Assembly (NCBI RefSeq): GCF_001194135.2
Contig: NC_068983.1
Coordinates: forward strand, 20,734,999 to 20,798,998
DNA: 64,000 bases
Reading direction: 5' to 3'
Source of the DNA: Octopus bimaculoides
Taxonomy: Eukaryota
Below the pieces are notes generated by a model. It ran no database searches. It saw only the letters and a list, made by a program, of their open reading frames with translations, and was not told the origin of the DNA. Positions 24,041 through 36,621 of this stretch are shown piece after piece (position 1 is the first letter of the stretch; every line of letters starts with the position of its first letter). Made by a program: the position numbers and the translations under genes.

Positions 24041-25028
24041 TACTACAAAATAAATGCAAAAATTGGAAGACTATGAGTTAATTGCTGTGAATAAAGATGG
24101 CCGATACTTCTACAAAATTGGTATTTGATACATAAATAAAATGCAATTTGTAAAACTGATGCACGTTCAGCCTAAACGTATCAACAGAAGCAGCATCCGT
24201 TGTTTCATCGGAAAAGGCTTGTCACAAGATACATTAAACAGAACACATTCCGTCCCATTTTCTACCCAAAATGTCAACTGTTTGTAGTTCCCTTCCTGCC
24301 CATGACCTGAAGTCCTGAACTTAGAGTTGTTTCCGGAAATTTATGAAATGTATCGACATCACCCGTTTCAAGGTGGGGCTACATGAAACCATGGTCACAT
24401 TCCCTTCTTTCTGATCAAACCACTGGAAAAATGAATAATGATAATTATCAATTATTGTATAATGTTTAGAAAGTAACTGGTTACCAGGCATTTAACTATT
24501 AAGATTTGTGTACATTTTTATATTTTAAGCTACGTTCCTAATTAATGTTATTTGTATTGATAATGTTATTGCTATTGGTAATTACCGTTCTAGGGTTTTT
24601 TTTTTTTGCTTTTGTTATTTCCGTTTTGTTTTTACAGCTGTTGTCATGACTACTACTTTTATATGTGTCATTGTAATTTTCTTTCAATGTTATTACGTGG
24701 ATTACACATAAGTGTTCTCCATGGTGTTGCATAGAGAAAAAGAGACATGCTCACGCATACACAATGACGCAAAGAAGTATGCTCATACATACAAAATGGC
24801 GCAGAGAGATATGCTTATACATGCAGCTAGACATGCAGACATATTCACATCTACTAAGGCATATACAAATATACACTTACACATACATACACTGCTATAC
24901 ACATACTCAGAGACATATCGATATATGTTCACACATGCATAACACGTTAAGTGATATGATCAATATACGCAGAGATATAGAAAGATATACTCGAGCATAC
25001 AGTGACACAGAATTATGTTGACATGCAC

Positions 25029-25084
<56 letters not shown>

Positions 25085-26379
25085 GCTAACACACACACAC
25101 ACACACATTCAGATTCTTCTCCTTATACATACAGAAATACATATATTGATATACACTCATGCAGAATGACGAACTATCGATAACCATAACATTAAATTGT
25201 CTTAACAATATATATAAAAAAAGCAAAAACCATGTTCATATTCCAGTGTGCACTAATTTACACAGACTCGAATTGACAAGTCTTAATAAAATACAAACAT
25301 ACATGCATGCGCACAGATAAAGATATCATCTGGAAAATAAAGAGGAACAAGTAAAAACATGGAAGCATATTAACAAACATATTACTCACATCCACATGTC
25401 ATGACACATTCTCATACATCAGCGACACACGCTTTATACACATGTACATATACATACAAACGTAAATGTGCTAAAAAAAATTATTCAATCTACGCATGGA
25501 ACAAACCAATAATGACTGATAAACGCAGTGCAAAAAAAATGTTTTAATCAATGTTCAGTGGAAGACATAAGAGAGAAATATAATACGATAAAAAAAAACT
25601 GTTAAAAGAAATTCAAATGGGTTGTGTGCTTTATCAAATTATTGATCATTATTATTTATTTGAATGTCAAAACGGATCGAAGTATGACGTAGGCAATTAA
25701 CCGACTGATGGATTTGGCCATGATGATGAAGTATACGCTGTACTTGACTGATGGACTTGCGGAGGCTTCATTATTGCTGCTTTGTGTTTGTTGAACGGCC
25801 CAAAGCAAGTTTTGATGGAGTTGCCGCAACCATTGCCACAGGAATCCCATTGAGCCATTGTCTGGATGTCATGGGCAACAAGAGCCCGCTATCGGACTAC
25901 GAGATTAAGAGCAGCACCGACGTCACGAATTTTTTTCTATGATTATAGTAATTAGAATCTTCATCGAATTGTTAAAGCAGCTTCTAATATTGAAAACTCT
26001 TCAATCATTGTGACAATCGCCAAGGAATCAACATTAACCATCAATTTGATTTTTGTCACCATCTTTGTCAATATCACTGTTGGGAGTGATTTTTACTCTT
26101 ATTTCCAAAGACGTACGTATAAGCTACGAGTTCGCAATGTAAAACATCAAAAGCAATGTTTCTACAGGACAACAGAATTTACTTGTTTATTTTCATTATA
26201 TTTACTGACTGTTTGCCACTATTATTGGTGTGGCAGAGATGGTAGGAGGCGGGACTAAATGCCTTGCCGTATGTAGTTTCATCCTTCTACATCTCGCCAT
26301 AAAAGGCATTTATATTCTATCTTTTAGTATTTGATGAAATAAGTGTATATTGAATTATGAGATCGATGTATTTAACTAT

Positions 26380-26396
26380 TTCTCTCTCTCTCTTTC

Positions 26397-26480
<84 letters not shown>
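26380..26480. repeat. Compound (CT)n(TA)n microsatellite
   Basis: Direct reading; similar compound tract at about 27716-27790. Confidence 0.95.
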
Positions 26481-26485
<5 letters not shown>

Positions 26486-27042
26486 ACCTATCTATCTCTG
26501 TAAATAATATATATATGTATGTATGAGTGTAGGTATATATATGAATGTATATATGTATGTATATATATGTATATATATGAATATATTTATCTATATATAT
26601 GTATATCTATCTATATATGTATATANNNNNNNNNNNNNNNNNNNNNNNNNNNNNNNNNNNNNNNNNNNNNNNNNNNNNNNNNNNNNNNNNNNNNNNNNNN
26701 NNNNNNNNNNNNNNNNNNNNNNNNNNNNNNNNNNNNNNNNNNNNNNNNNNNNNNNNNNNNNNNNNNNNNNNNNNNNNNNNNNNNNNNNNNNNNNNNNNNN
26801 NNNNNNNNNNNNNNNNNNNNNNNNNNNNNNNNNNNNNNNNNNNNNNNNNNNNNNNNNNNNNNNNNNNNNNNNNNNNNNNNNNNNNNNNNNNNNNNNNNNN
26901 NNNNNNNNNNNNNNNNNNNNNNNNNNNNNNNNNNNNNNNNNNNNNNNNNNNNNNNNNNNNNNNNNNNNNNNNNNNNNTATATATATATATATATACATGT
27001 ATGTATTTATATATTTATTATATATATTTATATATATATATA

Positions 27043-27537
27043 CGGTGAATGAAAAAAATGGAGAGGATGCAAAACGACATACACGAACCGGTAGAAATTC
27101 CAGTGTGTCTATATATTCCAAAGCATTCGAAAGTATTAGAAGAATACATGCACATGTAGTAACTATGTGTTACACACAACGTGTATTAATATTACAGAAA
27201 AGAGGCAACGAAGTCCCCCATTCCATCTCTATCTCCTTAGTGTTCTGTAGGGATGAGAAGATAAAGTTTGGATGATGAGTGTGCCTTTGGGCTTCCCTAT
27301 AGAACACTGAAGAGATGGAGATGACATGGAGGATTTTGTTGCCTCTTGGCAGAAACGGCCTTAAAGAACTGATCATTTGCTCTTTTCTGCAATATTAATA
27401 TGTGTGTGTAACTCGTAGTTACTACATTTGTATGTACTCTTCTAATACTTTCTAATGATTTGGAATAAATAAACACACTGGAATATCTACCGGCTGATGT
27501 ATGTCGTTCTCTATCCTCTCTCTTTTCTTATTTGCCG
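27043..27537. mobile_element. About 500-bp palindromic foldback element flanked by TA
   Basis: Left arm 27043-27253 and right arm 27294-27537 are reverse complements (e.g. CCGGTAGAAATTCCAGTGTGT vs ACACACTGGAATATCTACCGG). 40-bp loop; about 35-bp indel between arms. Confidence 0.88.
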
Positions 27538-27713
27538 TATAAATTAAGGGTAAACCACTTTTTACTCCCGCCCATACATGGCACCCAATTGCGAGATTAC
27601 CACGCAATAACCAGCATTTCGGTATGAATAATTGGGTACACTATCAGCAGTATATTGGATAGGTACTATCCCTTAGTTGGTTGGTTTCCCAACCTTTAAC
27701 CCTCACAGAAATG

Positions 27714-27772
<59 letters not shown>

Positions 27773-29333
27773 ATATATATATATATATATGCATATTTAT
27801 ATTTATATGTATATTTATTTATATATATTTATATGTTTATTTATATATATATATTTAAAAAATATGAAAATGTTACCAGTATAAACTGTGTTATGAGCAT
27901 TTATAGAACACGAATCCTATGTAAGCTCAACAAACAATCAAAGACGGAGAAGACGTTAACATTTTTCATAAAATTTTAATCCAAACATGCGATCGTTTCG
28001 AATGGCAACAGCAACGTATAAGAAACATGGAAAAAATTTAATTAATTATAATTAAATTAATTACATATTGCCGTTCTCCTCAGTGCAAATGAAAAATACA
28101 TCAAAAAGAAAGTTTCAGAAGAATATTATATTGTTACAGAAGACTATATGGAGTTAGTGACTCATAACGGATTCGGATATTCATATGATTATGAAAGATG
28201 AAATATAAGAACATTTATCCTTCTTATAACACCTTATACTTGTAACATTTTCACAGTTTTATTTTTTTAAATCACTGTAATAAGCTAACAATATAATATG
28301 AACAATCTTTATTAGAAATCTAACCTCGCCCCTCCCCCAGGTAAAAGGATGAAACTGAACTCAACTTTTCTCACATATATATATATGTGTGTGTGTGTGT
28401 GTTTGTGTGCGTATGTATCTATTATTATTCTGACTAATCAAACTTTTTCACCGTCATCATCATTATCGTCTTCAAAAATCTTCACATTTACCCTCTTCTC
28501 ATATCATCAATCTGCTTCACCAACATTCTTATGCTCATCACTCATACGCTATTGTAATCAAATGCAACACATTAGCCAATTCCATTTAGATACTAATTTT
28601 AGTGTGATTCAGAAAAACACACCAGTATTACATTTGTGAAAAAGAATTGGATCCAGATTTAGTTGTGGAAATGCTGTTCAAATACCACAGCTAAATTTGC
28701 ATAAACGAGATTAAGTTTCATTTCCAAATAAAATATCTTAAGTCCTGAACGGATGCTAATTTTCTATAACCTTATAAATCTTGCACTGAAAATAGCAAAC
28801 ATACCTGAAATGGTACACTCCTAATAACAACTCACTTTATTTGCAACTCCTACGACCATAAAACGAATAACAACTGAATAGAAGAATGTATTAAACAGAG
28901 AAAAACCAATGCTTACGGAAGCTACACGGACAATCATTTTCTTTCATTTTTTCCGTTATTTATTTATTTATTTATTATTATTATTCTTTTTTTTTTTTGT
29001 AATAGCGCTGTGGTATCGCGGATAATTGATTTATTTTATTTATTTCTGTTTTCTGGATCACGTTTCTAGCAATGCGTTTTGATTACTATCCTCTAAACTT
29101 GGTTAACCTTTGTAACGTAAAATGAGCATTTTATCTTTCGGAATATGAAGGACACGTTAGTAATGAGAATGTTCTATTATTTTCACTTTCTTATAGAAAA
29201 TATTATGTGATGAAGTAAATTTGTAATTATTCCTGAAATGTCTTAGATCCTCTTGCTAAGGGCTAAGAGAGATCCCTACTCAGCACGGTCGCAAGTCTTG
29301 TCATAATGATAATAATAATATTAATAATAATAA

Positions 29334-29890
29334 ATGCCCGGATGCAGTACCAGGCAGTGGCTCTCATGGCTTCTGATTTTAATTGATTGGAAGTGTTATC
29401 ATGTACATTGTTTTGGGTTGGTATAAAAAGATGGCCTACAGCAAATATTCTGCTTAATACCACAGATTTGCTTGTCAGTTGTTTAACCTTAACCAGCTGA
29501 GCATGTCCCTTGGTGGCTGACAATATGTGCATCTCTGATCACGAGCAGAAGTAGTGGGGGAGCGTCATAGCCATGTGTTGAGAGGAATTCTTTGGAGCTT
29601 GAATAATTCACCTTTGGAAACATGGGTGTTTCGTTCAACTTCCTTAGGCAACCCTTATTCAGGGACCTTTTGAGCTGGATGGGCTACGCGACCTGAAGAA
29701 AATTCTGACTGGACCCCACCTGCGAGGTCATGCGCTGTTTATCTTGATATGAGATCACCATGTCGCGTACATATGGTTGTGATGCATGTGTCTGGTGTTC
29801 CCTTATCAGACGGGTAGTCACGATGGGTATAATGGGCTTCGTATATTTTGTCCCAGTGTCACTTTGATGGCATGCACTGCTCTCTCACTC
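29334..29890 (+). mobile_element. Retroelement-like unit embedded in (AAT)n (candidate Dong/R4-type 3' segment or non-autonomous derivative)
   Basis: About 560 bp of GC-richer non-coding sequence bounded on both sides by (AAT)n, ending CTCTCTCACTC(AAT)13. Family assignment rests on recall that R4/Dong elements target TAA repeats. Only one copy in the window. Confidence 0.5.
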
Positions 29891-29929
<39 letters not shown>

Positions 29930-30107
29930 CCTTCTTTCTACTGAAAGCACGAGGGATTAAGTAGATTACATCGACCCCGGTGCGTAAATGGTACGTATTT
30001 AATCGACCCCGAAAGGATGAAAGCAAATTCGACCTCGGCGGAAATTGCACTCACAACCGCTAAGCTTTTCACCTGGTGTGCTAACGATTCTACCTGCTCA
30101 CCACCTT
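29930..30107 (-). mobile_element. SINE family B between two (AAT)n tracts
   Basis: TTTAATCGACCCCGAAAGGATGAAAGCAAATTCGACCTCGGCGG core; head ends CTCACCACCTT. Confidence 0.85.
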
Positions 30108-30960
30108 AATAATAATAATAATAATAATAATAATAGTAATGATGATGATAGTCTCTAATATAGATACAGAGCTGAAAATTTAATTAAATCGACCATGCTC
30201 AGGTATTTCATTGGTTTTCTATTTGAACGATGCGGGAGGTCTAAAAGGCAACTATGTTGGAGAGGGGAATGTTCAGGTTCGATTGAACAAACAATCAGTC
30301 CTCGGATCCATGATATTGACTAAACCCGCTCTCAATAATGCCACTTTGAGAAGAGGAATGTGAATGCTTATGAGGATGATGATGATTATGATGATGATAG
30401 AAATTATCGCTGTGAATTCTTATTTTAGAACAGGACATAATTTCTACAAAAGAGAATGTAGACGGAACCGAATATGTGATAAGATTGGTATCTGTCTAGC
30501 CGCCCCCTAGATTATAGAGGTATGGTAAATTTGACGCTTTATTTTTTCGCTCGCAAAACAGTCACCCCCACCCCCATAAATATAATAATTGTATATTTGT
30601 GTGTGTTACAGTACAACATAAGGAAAAAGTTTGAAAATGCTGTACTCCTATTTAGAAATAATCCTTCCTGTTCCTTCTTCAACGTGAGCTAAAAAACATT
30701 AGAAAAAAATCATTAAAATGTGATGAGCTGGAAATAAGCGCAAACCAGTTACTATAATTTGACTCCCATTTGTCTGTAAAACTTCTTTCGAGAAAACCTG
30801 TATTAATATTGATTCAGCAAATCTTCTATATTGGAAAATATTTCAGTATCATGGCACTTTGTGGAAAACCGCGCTATTTTTTTTTTTTTTCGAGTAAAAC
30901 TTTTTTATATGAGAACATAATTTTGTAGTGTTAAGTCCGTGCGAATATGTATGTATATAT

Positions 30961-31172
30961 AAGGGTGTCCACAAGGTCTGGGTACATGGAGTAAATAAAA
31001 TCATAACATAAACGATTAAATATAAGAAATAATAATTTCTTAAAGTACGTGTTAATCCCCATGTGGGTACATGGAGTAAATAAAATCATAGCATAAACAA
31101 TTAAATATAAGAAATAATGATTTTTTAAAGAATGTGTTAATCCCCATGTACCCAGACTTTGTGGACACTCTG
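30961..31172. mobile_element. Tc1/mariner-type MITE with internal 85-bp tandem duplication
   Basis: TIRs AAGGGTGTCCACAAGGTCTGGGTACATGG and CCATGTACCCAGACTTTGTGGACACTCTG, in a TA context. Units at 30980-31064 and 31065-31149. Confidence 0.9.
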
Positions 31173-32821
31173 TATATATATATATATATAAAGAACTAAA
31201 GTTTGCATTACTGAAATTTATTGAACAAATTTTAGAAGTAGTTCATTTTCAAACTTTTACTGCATAGTGTATAACAGACACACACATTTGAATATATCCC
31301 CAATAATTTTCGAAATAATTTGAATTGCAANNNNNNNNNNNNNNNNNNNNNNNNNNNNNNNNNNNNNNNNNNNNNNNNNNNNNNNNNNNNNNNNNNNNNN
31401 NNNNNNNNNNNNNNNNNNNNNNNNNNNNNNNNNNNNNNNNNNNNNNNNNNNNNNNNNNNNNNNNNNNNNNNNNNNNNNNNNNNNNNNNNNNNNNNNNNNN
31501 NNNNNNNNNNNNNNNNNNNNNNNNNNNNNNNNNNNNNNNNNNNNNNNNNNNNNNNNNNNNNNNNNNNNNNNNNNNNNNNNNNNNNNNNNNNNNNNNNNNN
31601 NNNNNNNNNNNNNNNNNNNNNNNNNNNNNNNNNNNNNNNNNNNNNNNNNNNNNNNNNNNNNNNNNNNNNNNNNNNNNNNNNNNNNNNNNNNNNNNNNNNN
31701 NNNNNNNNNNNNNNNNNNNNNNNNNNNNNNNNNNNNNNNNNNNNNNNNNNNNNNNNNNNNNNNNNNNNNNNNNNNNNNNNNNNNNNNNNNNNNNTATATA
31801 TATATATATTCACAAGCATTAATACACACACACCAACAAACAATTCTGTTTACGTGTATGTCTGTGTGAATAGTAAGTGAGTGCAAATATACACGCATTG
31901 ATGCTACTATATCATTCATTCGTTTAGCTACTCGTTTACGAATACAACGTCTCAAAGTCGTTTCATTCTCTCCCCACTAAACGACTCACCCACTCTTTTT
32001 CTTCGTCATTGTGTGTGTATGTATGTGAGAGTATGAATATATTTATATGTGAATGATACGTATTTATACAAACATTGTCTCTATTATGTATACAATTTAT
32101 ATTATATATAAATATGTATTGCATATATACAAATATATTATATGCATTTCCTATGATATATATNNNNNNNNNNNNNNNNNNNNNNNNNNNNNNTATATAT
32201 ATATACTTATTAGATATATAAAATGTAACGCACATTTTTTTTAAAAAGCAGCAAATACAATTGAAGTCTTTAAAAATATTCATTTAAACCTTTCTAAATA
32301 CTCCAAGTGCATTTTCAACTGTTCATTTTTTTCTTAATATTTGTACATGTGTCAAGAGAAACTATTTTCATATATGCATTCCCAATTAAAAGATATTCTG
32401 GTGTATATTTAACATGCTGTTACCAAAAGCAGTAGTGGTTTTGTCCAATCAACTCCAATTTGTTAGTCATCTACTTTTTGATACAAAAATAACAACTGAA
32501 TTAATGCTATTAACAGATTATTGGAACAATCACATATTACTAATTCAGTTTATTTCAGCATAGCAACCCAGTATAAATTTATGTATAATAATAGTTACAT
32601 AAAAATAAACATAATACGTAGCCATTTACAAAAACAGTCTTTCTGAAGTTTTAAGCGGCGATCAGCCGTAAGTTCACTTATTTAGATGCTATCATAAATT
32701 CCTGCTTTATGATTTACTGGGTTCCATTTCAGGTAATTGTGTGTATAAGTAATAAACCTAGACGTATTCTACATTAAAAGGTTTTTCTATGTGTTTATGT
32801 TGGAAAAAGAAAAACTACTGT

Positions 32822-33050
32822 AGTGCGAGCTGGCAGAAACGTTAGCACGCCGGGCGAAATACTTAGCAGTATTTCGTCTGCCGTTACGTTCTGAGTTCAT
32901 ATTCCGCCGAGGTCGACGCCTTTCATCCTTTCGGGGTCGATAAATTAAGTACTAATTACGCACTGGGGGGTCGATGTAATCGACTTAATCCCTTTGTCTG
33001 TCCTTGTTTGTCCCCTCTATGTTTAGCCCCTTGTGGGCAATAAAGAAATA
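32822..33050 (+). mobile_element. SINE family B with Tx1-like 3' tail (little diverged copy)
   Basis: GAGCTGGCAGAAACGTTAGCACGCCGGGCGAAAT head; CCTTTCATCCTTTCGGGGTCGATAAATTAAGTAC core; tail 32993-33052. Confidence 0.93.
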
Positions 33051-33329
33051 AGAAACAGAATGTATAAAATGGTGTAATTTCTTTTGACATTGAAATAGAT
33101 GATAATGAATTAACTGACGCCGATAGTACAAAATTAATACCGTTTCGGAATCAGTGCTACAATATATGCAATAACAGCCCTAACTTGTAGGGCAAAAAAA
33201 AATTGTAAGATGCTACTGCGTTATGTAATTTCACTGCATGAGTGGCTAATGAGTAAAGCAGTAAATCCAAAGCTGTAAAGGTATTATGTATTTTAATCAT
33301 TATTCTCAAATAATCTTGACCTCTTCTAG

Positions 33330-33532
33330 AGCGATTATTAAAATACATGAAATATGTCACAAAATAAGGACAATTATCACAATCAGAAAAAAGAATAGAC
33401 CAAATGATTTGACTCTTGAGAACGCTCAAAATAGTCTGCATCAAGACCCAGATAAATCAGCAAAAATGATTTTGTCTAATGTTATACAATATTATATTTC
33501 ATGTATACATATAACATTAGATGACACAGATG
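33330..33532 (+). CDS. Candidate internal coding exon, unknown protein
   Basis: Acceptor CTTGACCTCTTCTAG| and donor GATG|GTAAGT. 203 nt, one open frame of 67 codons (AIIKIHEICHK...ITLDDTD). No recognisable domain. Confidence 0.25.
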
Positions 33533-33549
33533 GTAAGTTATATCTAATA

Positions 33550-33814
33550 AAAAAAATTAAAATAAATGCGCCCTTTTAAAACCTAGCCAGGCTCATGGGC
33601 CCGATTTCCCGGTTTCAATAGCGTACGTGTTCTCCAGCTGTACGGGGCGCCAGTCCATCACAGCGTTACTCATTATTGCCCGCTGAGTGGACTGGAGCAA
33701 CGTGAAATGAAGTGTTTTGCTCAAGAACACAACGCGTCACCCGGTCCACAAATCGAAACCACAATCTTACGATCATGATGCTGACACCCTAACCACTAAG
33801 CCACGCGCCTCCAC
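33550..33814 (-). mobile_element. SINE family D with 14-bp TSD
   Basis: Head GTGGAGGCGCGTGGCTTAGTGGTTAGG, body TTGAGCAAAACACTT...GTTGCTCCAG, V-SINE-like GTGATGGACTGGCG. TSD AGTTATATCTAATA at 33536-33549 and 33815-33828. Confidence 0.9.
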
Positions 33815-34631
33815 AGTTATATCTAATATATATCCATATTGTCTCTCAATTGCCACAACTGGCAGAAAGGGTCGTCTCCGTTACTTTTGCAGCTTCTTGT
33901 AGCCCAAACATTGATGCTTCTAGCGAATTTTACAGGAAAGATATGAGCGCAAAGAGATTATATAGGACGGATATATAGTGGAGGAGAGACTGCCACAATG
34001 GGGTTCATACAAGTGTGATTAGGGACGGAGAGGTAAATGGAACTAGAGAGTCTCAGTCGAGATGGCATGAGTCCTACTCTACACAAAGTGTAGAAACAAT
34101 TTTAATAACGGTAGAAAATATAGAGAAAGTAGGCCGGAGTAAGAATCTCGCGGTAGGTGACTGTTTGTATTGGCAGTGATTTCTCTTCAATGTTGATAAC
34201 CTGTAGCACTATGATGTGCTGCAGTTCAACACTGTAGGTGTAATTGAAACTAAATTAAATACGATGGACACTTGCAAACAACTGTCCACTATATTTAATT
34301 AGATTTCATTTGCACATGCAGTGTTGGCTGAAATCTAAGATGCAAACCAACAAAGCATNNNNNNNNNNNNNNNNNNNNNNNNNNNNNNNNNNNNNNNNNN
34401 NNNNNNNNNNNNNNNNNNNNNNNNNNNNNNNNNNNNNNNNNNNNNNNNNNNNNNNNNNNNNNNNNNNNNNNNNNNNNNNNNNNNNNNNNNNNNNNNNNNN
34501 NNNNNNNNNNNNNNNNNNNNNNNNNNNNNNNNNNNNNNNNNNNNNNNNNNNNNNNNNNNNNNNNNNNNNNNNNNNNNNNNNNNNNNNNNNNNNNNNNNNN
34601 NNNNTATATATATATATATATATATATATTA

Positions 34632-34856
34632 CAGACAAAAATAAGAGGACTGACCAGCAAAAGTGGACTCCTATATGCTAGAAATAGATGCCAAATCATT
34701 TAACCACGAATAATATGTTCTCATTGAAAATTTTTTACAGTCTGTTGTGTCGCTAAATTTTTACTGAGAACATATTTTTCGTGGTTAGATGATTCGGCAT
34801 CTATTTCTAGCATATAGGAGTCCACTTTTGCTGGTCATTCCTCCTATTTTTGTATG
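34632..34856. mobile_element. MITE with about 100-bp TIRs, TA-flanked
   Basis: TGACCAGCAAAAGTGGACTCCTATATGCTAGAAATAGATGCC and its exact reverse complement at 34795-34837; TA on both sides. Confidence 0.9.
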
Positions 34857-35024
34857 TAATATAATTTTAATCTTCGGATTTTTTTAATACGCTAGACCAC
34901 TGGTTTTAATTGATTAATATCAATTTCTACCCTTATTAATAAATTTATATATATTTACATATATACAATATACATTCATATACACATACACACACGCAGG
35001 TGGAAGTATGGTTGGATCGATCGA

Positions 35025-35058
35025 TAGATAGATAAACAGATAGATAAGTGGATTGATG

Positions 35059-35096
<38 letters not shown>
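35025..35096. repeat. (GATA)n microsatellite
   Basis: Direct reading. Confidence 0.9.
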
Positions 35097-35362
35097 AAAA
35101 CATTCATCTGTGTTTGTGTATGTGAATAAAAAAAAACGAAGTATCGAGGTTATTTCCTCTAGATCGATGGTTAACTGGGGCATTCGATAAATATAAATCA
35201 GTAATCTGAATATGAGACAATGCCGAAATACGTCCTGGCTTGGAATCGATTGAATAAAACCTTTTAAATAAGTTTCTTACCTTGGCCGCAATCCAATCAT
35301 TGAAACAATCAAGAGAATGAATAAATAAGCAAGAGAATAAAGGAATAAAAGAATTATATGTA

Positions 35363-35418
<56 letters not shown>

Positions 35419-35432
35419 CATATATATAGTTC

Positions 35433-35790
35433 GTGGAGACGCAATGGCCCAGTGGTTAGGGCAGCGGTCTGGCGGTCGTAGGATCGCTGTTTCGATTCCC
35501 AGACCGGGCGTTGTGAGTGTTTATTGAGCGAAAACACCTAAAGCCCCGCGAGGCGAATCCTGCTGTTGTCTTTCACCACAACTTTCAATCTTTCTTCCTT
35601 TTTCTGTTCTACTTGTATTTGAAAGGGCCAGCCTTGTCACACTCTGTGTCACGCTGAATCTCCCCGAGAACTACGTTAAGGGTACACGTGTCTGTGGAGT
35701 GCTCAGCCACTTGCACGTTAATTTCACGAGCAGGCTGTTCCGTTGATCGGATCAACTGGAATCCTCGTCGTCGTAAGCGACGGAGTGCCA
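35433..35790 (+). mobile_element. SINE family A
   Basis: Colinear with the reverse complement of 464-834, with a short internal deletion. Ends CGACGGAGTGCCA. Confidence 0.92.
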
Positions 35791-35802
35791 AAATGGTATA
35801 TA

Positions 35803-36029
35803 TTGGGTTGTCCGGAAAGTTCGTACCGATTTTTAAAGTAAAGAAAAAGGTCAATAAATACTTGGCATTACATTTTTAATCAACCACATGTGAACCATTT
35901 TGTTGCACAATGCGTCCCCATATTTCCTTTAACTTGAAATACCCTCTTCCCAGAATTGAGGTGGTTTTATGGCAAATAAGTCGACAGGTAAGCTACTACA
36001 AATCGGCACGAACATTCCGGACAACCCAA
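35803..36029 (-). mobile_element. mariner deletion derivative (MITE) retaining the transposase C-terminus
   Basis: 27-bp TIRs TTGGGTTGTCCGGAAAGTTCGTACCGA and TCGGCACGAACATTCCGGACAACCCAA, with TA TSD. The minus strand encodes a frameshifted FWEEGI.KLKE.W.RIVQQNGSHVVD*, resembling the mariner C-terminus. Confidence 0.88.
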
Positions 36030-36342
36030 TATATTTGTATGTTTGTGTGTATTTGGGGGGGGGGGTGCATGTGTGTGTATGTTTTGTATAATCATTCACT
36101 ACAATTAGTTCATGGGAAGCGCAAATGCTATGGTATTATTTAATGTGTATCCGGTCCATATCCTCTAGTTGTGTTTTGGAGAGTAATAGAGTCAAACTAT
36201 GCTGCTTTTATATGAGATTCCAGAACATCTAGAATTTTTATGTTAGAATATTCGTGCTTTCCATATATGGTTACCTCTACTAAATAAAACTCTCGGCAGT
36301 ACTCATAAAATGTGTGTGACTTGAAGCACCAAGCTATTGCAG

Positions 36343-36449
36343 TATCCTCTCATTCCACTATATGGAAAAGGTAGAACCTTTGATAAAAGCCCTCTCGTCG
36401 GTAATGACATAGTTCTGAACCCAAATATACCCGATAGCCTTCCAGATAG
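36343..36449 (+). CDS. Candidate internal coding exon, unknown protein
   Basis: Acceptor GCTATTGCAG| and donor ATAG|GTAATG. 107 nt, open in one frame only: YPLIPLYGKGRTFDKSPLVGNDIVLNPNIPDSLPDR. Confidence 0.3.
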
Positions 36450-36452
36450 GTA

Positions 36453-36487
<35 letters not shown>

Positions 36488-36621
36488 TGTGCGCGTGTGT
36501 ATGTATATGTGTGTGTGTTTGCACGCGCGCGACTGCGTATACTTTTCTTCGGCCCAAGTATTGAACATGTTAGTAAAAGTAATAAAGGCAAAGTTACGTT
36601 CTCGAGTCGTGCCGATTCGTA

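Noticed and set aside
24720-25030. ORFs in an H/T/Y/I-rich region
   Set aside because: Degenerate alternating purine-pyrimidine (CA/TA-derived) low-complexity DNA.
33900-34260. Possible LINE endonuclease start (DVLQFNTVGVIETKL)
   Set aside because: Short motif, multiple stops and no second supporting motif.
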